Shown: piece after piece, positions 61,375-64,000 of the stretch
Numbering within the stretch: position 1 is the first letter of the stretch
Layout: each line of letters begins with the position of its first letter
Source of the DNA: Candidatus Latescibacterota bacterium
Lineage (GTDB): Bacteria; Latescibacterota; UBA2968
DNA length: 64,000 bases
Direction: 5' to 3'
NCBI GenBank assembly: GCA_965207885.1
Contig: OZ242311.1
Coordinates: 96,001 to 160,000, forward strand
Program-made: the position numbers and the translations under genes
Notes under the pieces: generated by a model
Seen by the model: the letters and a program-made list of their open reading frames with translations, nothing else
Told to the model about the DNA's origin: nothing
Databases searched by the model: none

Positions 61375-62638
61375 CAAACCCAACTTCATCGTATTTATGA
61401 GTGACGACCAGGGACACCGCGACCTCTCTTGCATGGGCGCGACCGACTTCCAAACCCCCAACTTTGACCGCATCGCATCTCGGGGCGCCAAACTCACCCG
61501 CTGGTATTCCAATGCCCCGATCTGCTCCGCCGGACGCTGCGGCATACTCACCGGGCGCTATCCCATTGCCGCGGGCATCCCCGGCAACGTAGGCGTAACT
61601 GCCGACGGCCTGTCACCGGACTTGCCAACCATACCCAAAGCACTCAAAAAACTGGGCTATCAAACCTTCATGTCGGGCAAATGGCACCTGGGCAACCGCG
61701 AACCCTTCTTGCCGCACAACCACGGCTTTGACCACTGGTTTGGCTTCACCAACGGCTGTATCGACTACTACTCGCACATCTTCTACTGGGCATTATCTTC
61801 AAAAAACCAGGCGCGGCACGACCTCTGGGAAGACGGCCGAGAAGTGTACCGCAACGGCACCTACTTCGTCGATCTCATGCGCGACAAAGCCATTGAATAC
61901 ATCCAAAAAGCCAAAAACGATGGCCGCCCCTTCTTCATGTACATCCCCTTCAACACTCCGCACTATCCCCTGCACGCGCCAGAAGAATACATGGAACGCT
62001 TTGCCCACCTGCCTCGCTCGCGACAACTCATGACCGCCATGCTCACCGTCATGGACGACGCCATCGGCAAAATCCTCGACGAACTCGAACGACTGGATCT
62101 CTTTGACAACACCTGTATCTTCTTTCAACCCGATCACGGACCCTCGCGCGAACCGCGCAACTGGACCGACGGCACAGACCTCCCCTATCCCGGCGGCGAC
62201 ACAGGAGGCCTGCGCGGACACAAAGGCACCCTCTGGGAAGGCGGCATTCGCGTCCCCACCCTCATGAGCTGGCCCGCGCGCGTACAGGGCGGAAAAACCA
62301 TCGACGAAATCGGCATCGGCATGGACATCTTCCCCACCATCCTCACCGCAGCAGGTGGCGACCCCGAACAATACAACCTCGACGGCACGGACATACTCCC
62401 AATGATCGCCGACAATGCCCCTTCACCGCACGGCGACCTCTTCTGGACACAAGGACCCAAAGGCAACACCCGTGTGATTCAAAGCGACCGCTACAAACTC
62501 CTCCTCGACCAAAACGAAATACACCTCGCCAACCTCAACACCGACCCCAACGAAACCACCAACATCGCGGGCGACGAACCCGACCTCACCAACGACCTCC
62601 TCACCCGCCTCAACGAATGGCATGCCTCTGTAACCTAA
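61367..62638 (+). CDS. Arylsulfatase-like (formylglycine-dependent) sulfatase
   Basis: PNFIVFMSDDQG, CSAGRCGILTGRY, GKWHLG, PHYP, KGTLWEGGIRVP; start taken at MSDKP. Confidence 0.9.
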   Translation: MSDKPNFIVFMSDDQGHRDLSCMGATDFQTPNFDRIASRGAKLTRWYSNAPICSAGRCGILTGRYPIAAGIPGNVGVTADGLSPDLPTIPKALKKLGYQTFMSGKWHLGNREPFLPHNHGFDHWFGFTNGCIDYYSHIFYWALSSKNQARHDLWEDGREVYRNGTYFVDLMRDKAIEYIQKAKNDGRPFFMYIPFNTPHYPLHAPEEYMERFAHLPRSRQLMTAMLTVMDDAIGKILDELERLDLFDNTCIFFQPDHGPSREPRNWTDGTDLPYPGGDTGGLRGHKGTLWEGGIRVPTLMSWPARVQGGKTIDEIGIGMDIFPTILTAAGGDPEQYNLDGTDILPMIADNAPSPHGDLFWTQGPKGNTRVIQSDRYKLLLDQNEIHLANLNTDPNETTNIAGDEPDLTNDLLTRLNEWHASVT

Positions 62639-63392
62639 CCCCTCCCCCCTTCACACTCCACACCGAACCCGACGTATAAGTATTGCGCTCAGAACACAAG
62701 AACTCAATCACCTCAGCCACCTCCTCCGGATCCGAATACCGCCCCATCGGCTGACCCGGAGGATTGGCAATATACTCGGGCGAAAACCTCGGCACCACCA
62801 TATCCGTCAACGCCCGCCCCGGTTCCACGCCATTGACAAACACACCCTGTTTGCAATACGCATTGCCCAGCGCGCTTACAAATGAATACACAGCCCCCTT
62901 CGACACCGAATACGGCACCTGATTCGGACTGCCATTTCGCGCACCCGAAGTAATCGTCACACAGCGCCCCCAACTCCCTTCCAGCATATGGGGAATTGCA
63001 GCCTGGTGAAAATGATAAACCCCGTACACATTGATACGCATCACCTTATCAAACTGCACCACGGGTTGCTCAAAAAACGGCTTCTCCCATCCCAAAGTAC
63101 CAGCACAACACACCAGAATATCCAATCTCCCAAAACGCGCAACCGCTTGTGCCACACACGCCTGAACAGCAGCCTCATCCGTCACATCAGTCTCCACAAA
63201 CATCGCCTGCTGTCCCAATGCCTCAATCTTTTCAACCATCTCCGCTCCCTCTCTTGCCAGAACATCGGCAATAACAACATCCCGCCCCTCCTCTGCAATC
63301 CGAACCGCCGTTGCCCCACCAATACCCCGCGCGCCCCCTGTAACAAGCGCAACCCGCCGTTCCTTCTCCGCTGCAAAACGCAAATTCGACAT
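62610..63392 (-). CDS. SDR family oxidoreductase
   Basis: TGGARGIG, FGRLDILV, YSVSK, VNGVEPG. Confidence 0.9.
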   Translation of the reverse strand: MSNLRFAAEKERRVALVTGGARGIGGATAVRIAEEGRDVVIADVLAREGAEMVEKIEALGQQAMFVETDVTDEAAVQACVAQAVARFGRLDILVCCAGTLGWEKPFFEQPVVQFDKVMRINVYGVYHFHQAAIPHMLEGSWGRCVTITSGARNGSPNQVPYSVSKGAVYSFVSALGNAYCKQGVFVNGVEPGRALTDMVVPRFSPEYIANPPGQPMGRYSDPEEVAEVIEFLCSERNTYTSGSVWSVKGGGVRLQRHAIR

Positions 63393-63487
63393 CTCACCCT
63401 CCTCGTATTCTATTGCCCATTATCGTCTCATCGGTTAATATAACCCAGATTGCGTTCAATTCCATACCTGAATACAAGGAGTGAAAC

Positions 63488-64000
63488 ATGAAAATCGACC
63501 AGGTCGAACACTTCCTGCTCGGCAACAGCTATGTCGTCCGCCTCACCACCGACACCGGCATCTCCGGCATCGGGACCTCTGCTTGCTGGGGCTATCCCGA
63601 AGCCATCCAATCCATCGCCAGAGTCTTCAAAGAATACCTCATCGGACAAAACCCCATGCGCATAGAACACCACTGGCAGCACCTCTACCGCATGGCACCC
63701 TTTCGCGGCACCGCACTTTGCGGCGCAGTCAGCGCAATGGACATCGCCTTGTACGACATCAAAGGCAAACACTTTCAAGTCCCGGTCTGGGAACTCCTCG
63801 GCGGCAACTGCCGCGACAAAATTCGCCTGCACCTGCTCGCGGGCGGACCCACACCCGAACAAATGTATAAAAACGCAAAAGCCGCTGTTGCCGAAGGCTT
63901 CACCGCCATCAAATTTGATCCCATCACAGCCGGGTACCAGAACCAGGCGCAATCGCGCATCATACAAAACGCCGTCGAAATCGTCGCCGCTGCCCGCGAA
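63488..64000 (+). CDS. Mandelate racemase/galactonate dehydratase-like enolase superfamily enzyme (3'-partial; absent from ORF track)
   Basis: Manual translation from ATG 63488 (AAGGAG RBS): MKIDQVEHF..TTDTGISGIG..SAMDIALYDIKGKHFQVPVWELLGG..GFTAIKFDP. Confidence 0.88.
   Translation, partial: MKIDQVEHFLLGNSYVVRLTTDTGISGIGTSACWGYPEAIQSIARVFKEYLIGQNPMRIEHHWQHLYRMAPFRGTALCGAVSAMDIALYDIKGKHFQVPVWELLGGNCRDKIRLHLLAGGPTPEQMYKNAKAAVAEGFTAIKFDPITAGYQNQAQSRIIQNAVEIVAAARE

Noticed and set aside
63428-63967. ORF-track calls 63428-63967 (-) and 63481-63870 (+)
   Set aside because: The supported gene is the enolase-superfamily frame starting at 63488

Overview
Bacterial DNA, probably from a marine or sponge-associated lineage such as Latescibacterota or Poribacteria. 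This is an inference from the WD40/EF-hand protein, giant Calx-beta proteins, PhyH dioxygenases, DUF6785-type membrane protein and sulfatase. (1) 1-9350 is an accessory/conflict island. It holds a RES-domain gene running off the left edge, a secreted metzincin-WD40 protein, a coupled XRE-HTH / DUF4258 / class III nucleotidyl-cyclase-like triplet, an orphan small antitoxin-like ORF and a HigBA-type TA pair. It is built around a duplicated ~90-bp terminator, with a relic of a second DUF4258 cassette. (2) 9348-13888 is a membrane protein-bioA-bioD-RNA methyltransferase-cupin operon. (3) 14268-35375 encodes a 7035-aa Calx-beta repeat adhesin with an autotransporter-like C-terminus, a 5' C11 tract (candidate phase switch) and two very different repeat arrays. 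(4) 35416-47152 is catabolic and housekeeping genes. (5) 47551-50105 is a sigma54-type promoter followed by a redox cluster: a thioredoxin-fusion protein, a UGSC selenoprotein split at an in-frame TGA in the ORF track, and MsrB. (6) 50145-59387 encodes a second, 3080-aa surface protein. (7) PfkB kinase, BtuF-like protein, sulfatase, SDR and a partial enolase-superfamily gene end the window. No rRNA, tRNA, CRISPR array, integrase or transposase was recognised. Family calls come from motif recognition by eye; no searches were run.
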